From assembly GCA_010909165.1 (NCBI GenBank), contig MU008173.1:558001-622000 (forward strand): 64,000 nt of DNA. Direction: 5' to 3'. This stretch comes from Anthoceros angustus. Its lineage: Eukaryota; Plantae; Anthocerotophyta. Under the pieces are notes generated by a model. It ran no database searches. It was not told the DNA's origin and saw nothing but the letters and a program-made list of their open reading frames with translations. Positions within the stretch are counted from its first letter, which is position 1. Every line of letters begins with the position of its first letter. The translations under genes were made by a program, and so were the position numbers. Of the stretch, positions 35,331 to 47,168 are shown piece after piece.

Positions 35331-36367
35331 GGCCTGGAATTTGGCTGAATCCTTGTACTTCTGTAGGCTGGAGGTCTACAACAAGGAGGGAGCACACATA
35401 TTCAAAGGAACTTGGATTGAATCGAAAAAACATTGCAAATCTGGTAGCATCCTCCCTTGCAATGTGAGAATTGTAGAGTAAGAAAATGCAGCTCGAGGTT
35501 TGATATAAAATTCACCATATTGGATACCATTTCCATCGCGAGGTCTACAACAGGAAGAGTCGGGGACACTGTGTGTGAGGTCTGCAGCAGAGTGAGCCGG
35601 AGAGACTCTGTGCTCAAGTGTCACCGGGCAACCTACAGGTCCAGGTTTCCGTGCTTTTTCTTGCAGACACAGGTGAACGTGCCACAATCGATAAGTTGGC
35701 TCTTTCCGGGACCGGAACCAGGCACATGTGAAACCGGTCTATTCATCCTTCTCCTACCGTATAGGCTGGCATTTTTCAGAGTCAGAATCAGGCACATACG
35801 AAATCGGGATAAGGGTTGTTCACCCTTCTACTAAGGTAGATGGGTTTTTCCATCTTGTGATCATAGTGAGGTCTCCAACGTATCTTTTTTAATATGGAAA
35901 ACTACCCATTATTTTATAGTGTAAATATCTATTTTAATATGTGCAATATAACTTAAAAGTTTTATTTATATTCAAATGACTTCTTTGCTGAAAGAGAAGT
36001 ATAAAGTTAAAAGATCAATCCTTTATCCATATATGTAAAAGATTCAGATTTTATAAAGTTTTGTACAACAGAATTTCGAATGCAGTTTGTTAGTATGAAC
36101 AAACACATTTTTGCTTGAGCTTCTATCACCGCGCGGACCACAAAAACTTGAGCTGAATTATGCGCAAAATTAACCAGGTCACTTTCCGTGCTTGTTCGCA
36201 AGCAGTCCGTACCACCTCCACCACTCTGGTTGTCCTTGTGGGGATATCCATCGTCAAATCATCCCCCGCAGTGAAAGCATTCCTGACACAGCACGGGCAC
36301 AAGTATGAAACGAGAAATCTGGGACCGAAGCGTCCAGCGAGGAACTGCATTTAACAGGGAGCTGAAA

Positions 36368-37204
36368 TTACGAATGGCACTCACATATGGACACCACTTT
36401 CCACTTCTGGTTCTCTCCCTTGTTCCACTTGTAAAGGATGAGCTTGTTGTTGTCCTTAATACCTCCGTGCTCTTTGTCAGCATGGTCCGCATCCAGATTC
36501 AGGTGGGAGTTGGACACTGGTCGGATAGCATGGTAACCACTGCCTACATCATCGCTCAAGGTCCACAGAACGGAGGTGTCCAAAGTGTTGTCGTGGAAGG
36601 GTCCAAGCGTCACCTGGGCATGAATATCCGACGTACCACCGGTCCACTTTTCATCAATCATGCCAGGCTACACAGATGCAAATACATCCACAACAAACAA
36701 TGTGACAAGACGGAATATCCCAGAGTGACCACGCTAAGGAGCTTACGCCGGGCGTAATCACAGCGGTGCGAGAGAGGGAGGGTAGGCAACACTCACCGTC
36801 TCATCCCCGACGTGCTTGAGAGCCAAGCGTGTTGCCTTGTTGATGAGGACAAACGCAGGCTGGCCCGCATCATCCTTGACCTTGCTACCGTTAGAGCCGT
36901 CCTTGTACCATTGCTGCCAACGCATCGCACGAAGATCCGCTCATCCCGGCTTCACGGACACATCTACGCACTAAGGCACCAGATAAAAAACCCCTACCTG
37001 TGCAGCGTTCTGGTCATCGGCCTTGGCCAACACAACCGTGTCCCCATGGGCAGTCAGGTTGTAGTGAGGGTTGGCCTCGGAATAGATCTTAACCAGGTCA
37101 CCGGCGGGGGTAGGCTCGCTGTGGCCGTAGGTAGGAGCAGGCTCGCTGCTGTGGCCGTAGCTGTGGGACGCATGTTGGTGCTCGCTCTCGTGGTGGTGCC
37201 CCAT
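36368..37204 (-). CDS. EUL lectin, copy 2; exons ~37204-36998, 36913-36797, 36613-36368
   Basis: In-frame GT-AG joins. His-rich N-terminus, then VKIYSEANPHYNLT, QWYKD...FVLINKATRLAL, LWTLSDDVGSGY, LNLDADHADKEHGG, GENQKWK. Confidence 0.9.
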
Positions 37205-38166
37205 TGTGGAAGAAAAGGTCTACCAGACACGATGCCACCACACCAGTCCTCATTGATCATGAGCCAAAACACATCCTCAAACACCGGCAAAAACCGCAAT
37301 GCCACATCCCACAGAAGCACGCATCTTCCCGCCGAGATGACGCAAAAGCAGAGCGCACAGGACTAACCTGGAGGCTTCGGAGGAAGGATGGACAAAGGAG
37401 AAAGGCGCGAGAAACAGCGACAACTGGAACAGGGGCTGAGATGGGAGCGAGTGCGGTGTGGCGAGCCGGGAAATGGATATATAGTGGATACCCTCATTGT
37501 CGCGACTAGTCGCGTGGCGCAGGGCGCGCTGACATGGCGGTCGCCTCGTTCATTGTATCTGACGCACAGCTGGCGACGTGCCGGTGGTATGACCGGGTGC
37601 AGGCGGTGCGGCTGCTTCCGCGTGTCAATCGAAAGTTCGTTTTATTGGTGCAATCGCTTGCTGGCTGGAGAGTTGAATCCTTGATACGGATTAAAGGACG
37701 TGGCAGTCAGGAGTCACGAGGAGTGTTGGAGTGGGAAAGCAAAACTGGAGGCCGACGGTCCTCCCATCTGTCGCAGCCTGCCACCGCCACCGCCTCTTCC
37801 GCCGCAGTGATAGAGCGCCTGCGTGAACCTGTCGTCAATTATTGGAATGAGACGTGAATAGTTTGGGAGTTCGGGAAGGCAGCCACGGACGGGAATATGC
37901 TGAACCGGGATGTTCCAGCACGACGACATATTCTGAGTAGCGGAAGGGATGCTTATTTTATACCGTGCCGTAAGTGACAGGAGCAAGTGGCGCAGTGCGA
38001 GATGTTACAGGGCTGCAACTTGCGCAAAGCTCTACTGATGCTGGCAAGCTGCGCTTAATCTATGCACTGGACGGCGTACTGGCAGATGAATTAAGCTAAT
38101 AATTGGCTGATGGAACCGGTGCTCCTCCTCTCCCAAGCTCCCAATATGTCCTGCAGTGCTGAAACC

Positions 38167-39014
38167 TCAGACAGGAACAACCTTCCACTGCTGGTTGTTC
38201 TGCTTGTTCCACTTGTACACGCAGACGAGAGTGCCGTCGTGGACACCACCGTTTGAAGCGTCTGCCTTCCAGGCATCCAGGTTGAGGCCCGTGTCGTTTG
38301 CCTGCCGGATTGCTTTGAATCCGTTGTAGATGTCGTCGCTGAGGGTCCAAAGCAGGTTTTCATCCAGGGTGCCTGGCTGGTAGTCTGCCAATCGAACCTG
38401 CAACATGACCGCAATCCTTCCGGTGAAAAACGGGGGTGCTGCCAGGTGCAGCGCCGTGAGAGCAACCGAGGAGTTGTGAATGTTACCTGCTGGCCCGCGG
38501 CCTTGGCGTGCTGCAGAGCTTTACCCGTGGCTTTGTTGATCAGGGCAAAGGAACCATGGCCGACGTCGTCTTTCACACGGGTGCTCCATGTGTCGTCCCT
38601 GATCCAAAGCTGCGGGAACAAGGAGCATCAAAATCAAAAGAACACTCTTAAAATTGCACGATTGGCAAGCTCTCGCTATGATGCTTCAAAGAAAATTCGA
38701 CAACGCAAAATCCAAAGGTAAACATCCATGGAGACCTGATTGTCGTCAGATAGGTTTCCCGGGCTCAAAACCACCACATTGTTTCTGACTGTGAGGTTAT
38801 ACTCCGCGTTGGCTCGAGGGTAGACCTTCACAGTTGTGCCTGAGGGGAGAGGCTGGCCATGCGCAGGGCCGGCAGAATCATTTTCCCCGCGCGCCGGAGG
38901 TGGATCAGGGGACCGGGAGGAAGAGCTGGAGCAGGACCTGGACCTGTGCAACCCAAATCCACGAGACCTAGGGCGGGGTTGATGTTCGACGTGTCCCTGG
39001 TGCCATCCCGACAT
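38167..39014 (-). CDS. EUL lectin, copy 3; exons ~39014-38736, 38609-38487, 38397-38167
   Basis: In-frame GT-AG joins giving VKVYPRANAEYNLTV, LWIRD..W...VKDDVG..SFALINKATGKAL, LWTLSDD, LNLDAW...GGVHDGT, NNQQWK. Confidence 0.9.
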
Positions 39015-39375
39015 GGTGAGGCGAAATTGAGGCCGCGGACGAGAAGGAAAGCGTCGTCGCGAAGAGCAAGGCTTGGAATGCAGCTTTCGTCGAGACAACC
39101 GGCTGAAGGGATGCAGCCAGGTACCGAGAGAGTGGCGCGCAACAAGCAACGTCTACCGTGGACATCGCCAATTGCCGCCAGACGACTGCAGGTAAACGAT
39201 CACTAACTGCATACGTGTGGGCCAGCTGGGCTCAGGTACATTAAGGATGAATTTCACTAAGGAGTTACCATCTTCTACCCTGGACGACGTCAAGTCGAGG
39301 GAAGATCCTACAAAATTGATTCCACCAAATACTACACCCCTGCCCTCTTAAGCTGTGTTACAGCGGAAAGACGTT

Positions 39376-42300
39376 TTAATCGGTGTGACTGTCTGACGAA
39401 CTGCTCTCATCGGCTTTGTCCAACAGCTTTACTGTTTCATCCTTGCTCGACTTATCATTCTTGTCGTTCGTATCATCCTTCCCCTTTTTCAAGGTCTCCT
39501 CTTCACCCTCATTTTCGTCTTCACTGTATTCACTCTCATAGTCCTCATCAAACTCCTCGTCCTCCTCTCCGCCTTCCTCTTCCTCCTCAATTTCATCCCC
39601 TTCCTCCGCAATAGGTCCTCTGGTGCCAGCCCTACTTCGTTTCGAAATCTTCCGTTTGAAACTCACCTTCTTGTCACATCCAATCCATGTGTCGGACAGG
39701 CAAAACGCCGTCAAGCTGTAGGTTCCTTCTGAAGGTGCCTGGAACTTTGTGTACACAAGCCTCTCTCCTGCTTCCACTCTTGAGACCGCTGCCTCCACCT
39801 CCGACTGTATCTCAGAAGGAGGAGCTGCTTTCAACTCCAGGGCTTCGTGCACGGCCTTTTTGGCGAGTGCGATGTTTGCTGCCTCATCAGCAAGTGTAAC
39901 TCTCTGAGAAACCCACACATTGTTGTGTACTGCATCAGCCAATAACAGCCAGTAGACCTCCTCCTTCAAATATGGGAAATAAGGTGTGTGTGGATGACAC
40001 TGAACTTCGCCATTCGTTCTGCCAACTTTAATCCAGGCCCGCAAGGTCACCACATCACCTTCCTGGATGCCTTCTTCACCTTCCGTTTCACACTCTAAGT
40101 CCAAATGGACTGAAGGCATTAGATCAAGGACAGCCTCCACATCACCAGCCTCCTTCTCTGATAAACCTCCAACTGTAGTCAGGAGCTCTGTGCGCTGAGT
40201 TGAAGTCAGTTCTCTCAACTCCTGAAAACTGCGAACTTTCTGGATAGACCAAGTGGAGTGTCAGTTCCACCACAGTGCTGGGCTATCAGAAGGTCTGTCT
40301 ACAGTAGTTCAGAACTCGATAATCTGATGGAAGGAACACTTTCGCGACTGAGATTACTTTGTACCTTTCGACCAATCTTCTTGACGACCGAATCGTTTAT
40401 GTGGGGCAACTGAAGAAAAGCAGCATTCCCATCGGAGGAGCCACCAGCTGCAACAGATTTCCTTGCACTCAAGGGGACAGCCTGTAGTGCACAGCAGCCA
40501 TGCAACTGTATGTCAGCAACATGCCTCTTTGGGGGAAACTTTTCAGGCACGGATCCAAATCATTACTCAAAAACTGGATGTTACAAACGGGGGCAACCTG
40601 CATCAGGCACTGCGAGAGTTCCATAACACCAAGAGCAGGACGGAGCCAACCATGTCCTTCACTGGTTCGTGGGGTTACCGCCATCTGGTTCCAAGACCGA
40701 TAAACAGGATATAAGCCAGTCGTACCATGGGATATCTAGCCAACCAACTTAGAGAGCTGAAAAGTAAGGGTTTTGAGGCCACCACAAAGGCTAACCTTCA
40801 TAAGTTCCTCCAGAAGCCTAGGAGTGAGACGGAGAATTTCAGCAAAATCTGTTTGCAGCCCAGGTGCAACAGCTCCAGCCTCCCTTGTCAGTTGGGCAAG
40901 CAACAAGAGCTCTGTCTGTTCAAGCAAGGAGACAACACAGTTTACATCTTTGACAACTCCAGCCTTTCAAGCTTCCGACCGTCAATCATACGGACACTTC
41001 ACATCACTAGTCATCATCAAAACGAAACGTGAAAGGGGCAAAAAATGGAGAGTGGTCAACCTTGACAAGTGAAGGATATTGCTTCCAAAACTTGGCTTGT
41101 TCTTGCTTCAGATTTTTTGAGTCAAAGTTCAATTCACTCCGAACAGCCATGAACAGCTTCTGCAGAGGTTCCTCATCGCTGCGCCGCACAGGCCTTTCCA
41201 TGAACTCCGCAGCCTTCATAAAAACCTCCATCACCTTACTGATGCAACCAGAACTACACGATGAGTTCATGATGTGGTGCACAAGGCCACATATCTCCAT
41301 CTACAACACTAAAAATGTCCCACTGCAGTCAGCAAGAAACCGAACTAAACATCAGGTGCACCCCTAACCTGGGTGCAAGTGAGGGCTTCATGAAATAGTA
41401 GTAGGCTTGAAGGGTATGATGCATGACATAGTTCCCAGTGTATTTTGAAGACCGAGACAGATATACGACTGCGCCCATGAGTGGCAAAATAATACCAACA
41501 CCAACTATAGCCACTAGGAGGGCTCCTGAACCAGGCCCATGCCTATTTAGTAGAAATGAGGGCAATGCAATGCCCATCTCCGGTGCCTACAAAATGGTGC
41601 GCTTAGCATCAGCAAACTGGCTGACCAGCACTCAAGCCTGGTCACCTGTAGAAAGCACAATGTCATGGAAAACTATTGCCACACACCTTTCTGCCATCTG
41701 GATGGCCGTACTTCACATAGTTCTCGCGGGCAACCGGATCCGTCAAAGCCTGGTATGCCTTCGAAATGTAGTCCACGAAGTACTTGTGCGCCTCTGCCAA
41801 TCGCTTGCATAAGCAATCCCCTCACTCAGAACACCCACATTTCCTGTGAACTACTTGTCCTACAAACTATCTTACTTGTCCTGTAAACTATCTGCGAGGT
41901 ATTACCTGGATCAGGATTTTTATCTGGATGGTACTGAATTGACAGTCTATGGTACGCTTTCTTGATGTCTGCTTGTGAAGCTGAAAGCTCCAACCCAAGG
42001 ATAGAGAACGGCTCAAATCCCGTCACCTGCACCGCATAATGAGCCAGCAGTCAGCAGCAGCTCGAGGCACCCTTCTCGCCTTGCCCTAATCAGTCAGACA
42101 TCGAACGGCTGCTGCGACAACAACTGCAGCTCACATCTGAGGCAGACAATACCTCTCGAGCCATGAGCTTGATGTAGTAGGCCAAAACGAACATACTCAG
42201 CCAAAGAAGGATCAGCGTGACATTGCTGCACGTTGAGAATCTTCCAACCTGCATCAAGCACCACATTTTGCACACAGTCAACCTAACAGCACCCGATCAA

Positions 42301-42600
42301 GTAACGAGCGTCACGACTGGCCTACCCGCACGAGCCGACACCAAATTGCTAATATCAACTAACTACCCCAGATCCACACCACAGTACATACTAGCACATA
42401 GCTAAGCCACCCACCCGCCTGGCGAATGAAACCCGGTACTTGGGAGATCGCCCGCACTCCGAACACTTGCAACGCACATCTCCAGTTCTCTGCCGCACCA
42501 CCCTTGCCAAACGAAAAAATGTCCATGGCACCACAAACAGCCCCGTCACGGACAATATGAATATGGGGAAGAGACTGCTCATGTCCTCGGACGCCGCCAT
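39376..42600 (-). CDS. SEC63: ER DnaJ protein ERdj2 / SEC63 homolog, ~10 exons
   Basis: [15 protein letters not shown] start, J-domain FEPFSILGL...[25 protein letters not shown], Sec63/Brl domain and acidic C-tail. Confidence 0.93.
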
Positions 42601-43321
42601 AGTGTCGCCACACGCAACTCAATGTGTCACTCCCGCTTTCTTGAATTGATATCAGCAAATCGAGCAAGCTCAGTCTCGAAGGCCTGCGAAGAAAGCGGAA
42701 AGGACTCCTGACAGAAGTGAGGGGGAACGAAAGGCCCAGTCAAGCCCAAAAAGTTCCCCAACAAAACCTCAGTCCTGGACCTACTCGACCCCAACCGGAT
42801 CACGCTCCGGCGCTGCAGCCAAATCCGCCACCATCAAGCCCTGCCCTATGGAGCGATCAATCGGGGCGGCATAGTCCCTCCAACCTCGTAAGAGCACACT
42901 GGAATGAATCGATTGAATCTGCCCCAACCAGTCGAGATTGGACGTTGACCGGTAAATGCACAAACAAATTACAGAACCCAAACGAACGGTTTCTCCCTAT
43001 GTACATAAGTGTACTACATAAGTGACGCTTTATTAGGGTTCAATATTACTATGGAGACCGAGTCCCCGATATTTGGATTAGGTCATCAAATACTACTAAT
43101 ATACAGCTCAATGAAGTTCGTAGAACATACCGGACCACAACATGACATTCATACTAACCAGATAGGCCAGATCATGCTTATGCGTACCTACATATGTACC
43201 TATAAGGAATACCAGAGAGATGCCCACGGGGAATAGGGAAGACACCACCAGCAGGCATTGTACATACGCTGCGGCCTAGAGGAGAGTGGACAATCAGCAG
43301 GACGAAAACAAAGGAAAGAGA

Positions 43322-45202
43322 TCATCGGGGGACGGGAGCCACACTAGAAAATCTACTGCCTTGACGTTGAGGAGTCCTCTCCTTTGTGTTAGTGCTTGTC
43401 TGGCGAGAAAGCTTTCTCAACTCCTCCCTTTTCATTTCAAGCTCTAAGTGAAGCTCCTTCTCCCAAAGCTTTTGTCGTTCAGAGGTAGCCACACTGGGGC
43501 TAGGAAGCTGCTGAGTCTCATGAATAAGTCCTTTCCACTCGTTGAGCCGTGGCGAATCAACCTCCAGCAATGGTGCACCGTTGACGACAGTTGGACTGGC
43601 TTCTCTGGGACTGCCTGAAGTCACACTGGTTTCACTGTCACGGCTGCTCCTTGTTGCAAGCGATCGTGCGCTTAGACTGCTCCCCTTGCTTGGTGACCTG
43701 CTCGGGGCAGCAGTTTGCCTCACTGTAGCTGGGCTGAGGGGTGCCTTGAGACTCTGACCAGCGCCGTTCTCATCTGCTCCATTCCAGATGCTGTACAACT
43801 CCTCAAACAATGGGGTCTGCAGTCTCTTCAGTTCCAGCGCTTTCTCATCTAGGAATGCCCGGATCTTCATTTCTGTCACCTCTTCATCGTCATCATCCTG
43901 TGTGGACCGCAGCGTCAGATTCAGGGCTCCCTCCTCTTTGCCTCTGGGCTGTGACGAGAGGGGAGCCACATCTGCACAATAATGGTCTGTTTGCAGGGTA
44001 CCAAAGGTGGCCGTAGCTGCACTCTTAAAGCTCCAGTTAGTCTTGTCGAAAGAGGGATCAGACATCGGGTTGAAGCTGTCACTGAGGCAATCCACCCTCA
44101 CTGAATCAACCCTGACGGAGCAGTTGAGATCGGAGTTGAAAGAATGCCCGCAATCCTGTTCGAACGTCAACCCTGAATTTTCTGTCTCACCCGAGATCGC
44201 ATACCGCTCTGCTGTGGCAGAAGTCAGCCCCATACCATTCCCACCAAGAGGCCCCTGATGGTCCTCTTCCTCCACGCTCTGCAAATGCCTGTTCCCCAGA
44301 GATATTTGATCCGTACCGACGCTCCTCCGCTGAGCCGCAGGCTGTGGAACGTCTTGGAGCACGAAGGGATGCTGCAACAGCTCACTAGCAGAGGGCCTCA
44401 ACCTGGGCTCCCTCTGCAGACATTTGAGCAGAAAATCCTTGGCATCCGGAGACAGCGTCTCGGGGATAGGCGGATGCTTCTTAGTAGTCCCAATGTGGAA
44501 CAAGGCAGCAACTTCCTGAAACTGCTGGCTCCAGGGAGGCTTCCCAGTGGCCATCTCAATCACAGTACAACCAACACTCCAGATGTCAGCCTGCCAATTA
44601 TGCCCGGTCTGCCGGATCACCTCGGGAGCCATCCAGTACGGCGTGCCCTTCATCGACTTGGCCTCCGAGATAGTGGCAAGCTCCAGAACCTGCTTAGAAG
44701 CGCCGAAATCAGCAAGCTTGATCCGGCCCTTATTATCCACAAGAATGTTAGCCCCCTTGATATCCCGGTGCATGATCTTGTTGTTATGCAGGTACTCCAG
44801 CCCTAGCAGCAGCTGCCTGGTATACATTCTGATCACCGCCTCCGTGAAACACCCGAACTTGCTCAGCAGCGACGCAATGGACCCCCCGGGCACGAACTCA
44901 AGCAAAATGTTCAGCGCCGACTCCTCCCTAGCCGTGCCAAGGTACCTCACAATATTAGGATGAGACAGGTTCCGGAGCAACTTCACCTCCTCCTCCAGCT
45001 CCTGTACGTGCGCCTGCGCCCTGTCCTTGGTGCTGTGATTGCTCGCAATGAGCACCTCCTTCACAGCCAGCAGCTCTCCGGAATCCAGATTGAGCCCCAT
45101 GTAGACCCGGCCGTACGCCCCGGCTCCGATCAGCTCCCCCTTCCTCCATCTGATCCCGTGCGGGCTACTTGCCCGCGGCAAATGCCGGGCCCCCTGATGC
45201 AT
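43322..45202 (-). CDS. NPK1: NPK1/ANP-type MAP kinase kinase kinase; single exon (first ATG 45202; the ORF track's upstream start is TTG)
   Basis: IRWRKGELIGAGAYGRVY, QELEEEVKLLRNLSHPNIVRYLG, HRDIKGAN, DFG, KGTPYWMAPE, and C-terminal EMKIRAFLDEKALELKRLQTPLFEE and coiled-coil tail. Confidence 0.93.
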   Translation of the reverse strand: MHQGARHLPRASSPHGIRWRKGELIGAGAYGRVYMGLNLDSGELLAVKEVLIASNHSTKDRAQAHVQELEEEVKLLRNLSHPNIVRYLGTAREESALNILLEFVPGGSIASLLSKFGCFTEAVIRMYTRQLLLGLEYLHNNKIMHRDIKGANILVDNKGRIKLADFGASKQVLELATISEAKSMKGTPYWMAPEVIRQTGHNWQADIWSVGCTVIEMATGKPPWSQQFQEVAALFHIGTTKKHPPIPETLSPDAKDFLLKCLQREPRLRPSASELLQHPFVLQDVPQPAAQRRSVGTDQISLGNRHLQSVEEEDHQGPLGGNGMGLTSATAERYAISGETENSGLTFEQDCGHSFNSDLNCSVRVDSVRVDCLSDSFNPMSDPSFDKTNWSFKSAATATFGTLQTDHYCADVAPLSSQPRGKEEGALNLTLRSTQDDDDEEVTEMKIRAFLDEKALELKRLQTPLFEELYSIWNGADENGAGQSLKAPLSPATVRQTAAPSRSPSKGSSLSARSLATRSSRDSETSVTSGSPREASPTVVNGAPLLEVDSPRLNEWKGLIHETQQLPSPSVATSERQKLWEKELHLELEMKREELRKLSRQTSTNTKERTPQRQGSRFSSVAPVPR

Positions 45203-45472
45203 GTTGCTGCAGCCCCACCCGCAGCACAACCACAGCCTCGCCGACCACCGAGCTTCCCTTTCTCCTCCCGCTTCCGCCAGGGAAACAGCCTGCCCTCTCC
45301 AGCGCCTCCAAGGCCACGCTATACGCCGCAATGCAGAACGGTAGGATCGAACCGGAGAAGGGAGGAGGAAGTCGGAAGCCGTGTGCGGGGGAAAGGTTCA
45401 AATTTCAAACCGTTAGAAATTAGGGTTTAGTCGAGTAGGGTTCTGCAACGCATCGCGCACCGAGCTCGCGCC
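45203..45472. promoter_or_regulatory. Putative bidirectional promoter (270 bp) between NPK1 and RMI1, with a telobox (tagggttt 45421-45428)
   Basis: Head-to-head start codons 270 bp apart and an AAACCCTA element on the minus strand. Confidence 0.5.
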
Positions 45473-47104
45473 ATGGCCGGCTATGGCGACGTGCGAATGC
45501 GAGGAGATGCCGTGGAGCTCTCGGACGACGACGAAGGGGACAGGCCACCTCCGCGGCCGTCCGTGTCGTCCCCAGGCTCGCGGGTTGATGTGCAGGACGT
45601 GTTGAGATGCCGGGGCGTGAGGATGAGGCCGGAGTGGCTCGAATCATGTTTGACCGGCTTGGCTGTGGCCAGGCCGGGGTTCAGGGCGCTGCCGGTGGAG
45701 AGGCAGGCAGAGTTGTGTTTTGGGCAGGCTTTGATGGCGGATTTCAATGTGGCGGGGCGGGGTGCCTGCCCCGGATTGCCAGGGCCTGCACAAGCGAGAG
45801 CTGGAGGGCCGTTTGTGCTGCAGGTGGATGAGGTGGTGGACGTGGGATCGCCTCTCAGGGAACGGTACAAGGAGAAGCAGGGGGGGCGGTGTCTGAAGCT
45901 GTCCATGACCGATGGCGTGCAGCGTGTTTTCGGGGTCGAGTACAGGTTCATCGCCGCGTTGCAGGTGCTGCTGCCGGCTGGAGTGAAGATTGTGGTGCGG
46001 CATGTGCAGATTAGGCGTGGGCTCCTGCTGCTGGTCCCGGAAGTGGTGGATGTGGTAGGGGGATCTGTGGAACGGTTGGAAGCGGCACGGCAGCGCGTGG
46101 TTCAGGAGGTGAACAAGCCGCCTCGAGGAAAGCGTGGGAATGTGGCTGAGCTCGCAGCGTCCTCGGCTTGGCCAGTGGAGGAGGAGGAGAGTGGCGATGT
46201 TGCGCATGGTCCGCGGCCCGCTGCCGCGGTGCATTTGTCCGAGATGGGAAGGGGCAGGGGCAGCGGCCGCGAGGATGTGCCGCGGGAGGGAGCCGCGGAT
46301 GTGGTCAGGATGACGAGGAGTGAGCCTGTATCGCTCTCGGACAGAACTGGGGACGATGTGGAAACGCTTGAAAGTCGGAATTTGCCGGAAGCCTGTAGAG
46401 GTGCCCTTCGCCCACGGGGAGGTAGCAGGCTCTCTCTTCGAAAGGAATTTGGTAGAAGTGACGGGGCCTCCAGCACTGAGGGACGAGGACAAGTGCCCTT
46501 CGTTTTTCCCCCTCCTAGCGCTGAAATGCTCGAGCCGATGGAAGTGGATGAGGAGGCGAGGGAAATCCGCACAGGGAACAGCACCAGCTTCAATCGGGCA
46601 GCGCCAGAGACCGATCCCGAGGAAGCCCCATTCAGTTACTTGGCTACACTCATGAACAGGATGCTGTCGGAGAAGAGACCAGTTAGTGGTCGAGTGAAGT
46701 GTGTCCTGGTGGGAGTGAAAGAGTTTAGACTGACGGAACGAGGATGCAAGTTGATTGTGCATATAGACGATGGGAGCCTAATAACTGCGGCTGTAGTTAA
46801 AGAAGAGTTAGTACAGGAGTTTATGCAGCAGTCGCAACAACGCATCTTTGGAATAGAAACTGCTGGAAGCAGTCTCCTGTCTTTAATGACGATGGAGAAC
46901 AAGAAGGAGCTTCAGACCTTCCTTCAACGATTTGAAGGTTTCGTGGACGTGGAATTCCAGGGCCCCGAAGAACTGCCTTTGCTGACTAGTATGAGGGAAG
47001 AAGTTCCATCCACATATGCATGGACGCTATTCCACCGAGTGAGCAAGTCTGTGCTTAAGAAAAATACCAGACACAATGAAGTAATTGAGCTGTCGTCTCC
47101 ATGA
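45473..47104 (+). CDS. RMI1: RecQ-mediated genome instability protein 1; single exon
   Basis: EWL..C, GPFVLQVDEVVDVG.PL..RY...RCLKLSMTDGVQRVFGVEYR...G.KIVV..V.IRRGLLLLVPE (OB1) and C-terminal PFSYLA...VKC (OB2). Confidence 0.92.
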   Translation: MAGYGDVRMRGDAVELSDDDEGDRPPPRPSVSSPGSRVDVQDVLRCRGVRMRPEWLESCLTGLAVARPGFRALPVERQAELCFGQALMADFNVAGRGACPGLPGPAQARAGGPFVLQVDEVVDVGSPLRERYKEKQGGRCLKLSMTDGVQRVFGVEYRFIAALQVLLPAGVKIVVRHVQIRRGLLLLVPEVVDVVGGSVERLEAARQRVVQEVNKPPRGKRGNVAELAASSAWPVEEEESGDVAHGPRPAAAVHLSEMGRGRGSGREDVPREGAADVVRMTRSEPVSLSDRTGDDVETLESRNLPEACRGALRPRGGSRLSLRKEFGRSDGASSTEGRGQVPFVFPPPSAEMLEPMEVDEEAREIRTGNSTSFNRAAPETDPEEAPFSYLATLMNRMLSEKRPVSGRVKCVLVGVKEFRLTERGCKLIVHIDDGSLITAAVVKEELVQEFMQQSQQRIFGIETAGSSLLSLMTMENKKELQTFLQRFEGFVDVEFQGPEELPLLTSMREEVPSTYAWTLFHRVSKSVLKKNTRHNEVIELSSP

Positions 47105-47168
47105 CTGCCTATTTGCGTACAATCGCGGGCTTGCGCTCAGGGCAGGGAGCGGAGACAGACAAAGAGTG

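Larger units (their letters stand above)
31660..35720. mobile_element. Decayed PIF/Harbinger DNA transposon (convergent Myb/trihelix ORF and DDE transposase)
   Basis: The two characteristic ORFs face each other. An imperfect inverted repeat (14/16) pairs 31665-31680 with 35702-35717. No TSD was confirmed. Confidence 0.8.

Noticed and set aside
45203-45331. Longer NPK1 N-terminus given by the ORF track
   Set aside because: It begins at TTG, which is not a normal eukaryotic start, and lacks similarity to NPK1 N-termini. The first ATG is at 45202.
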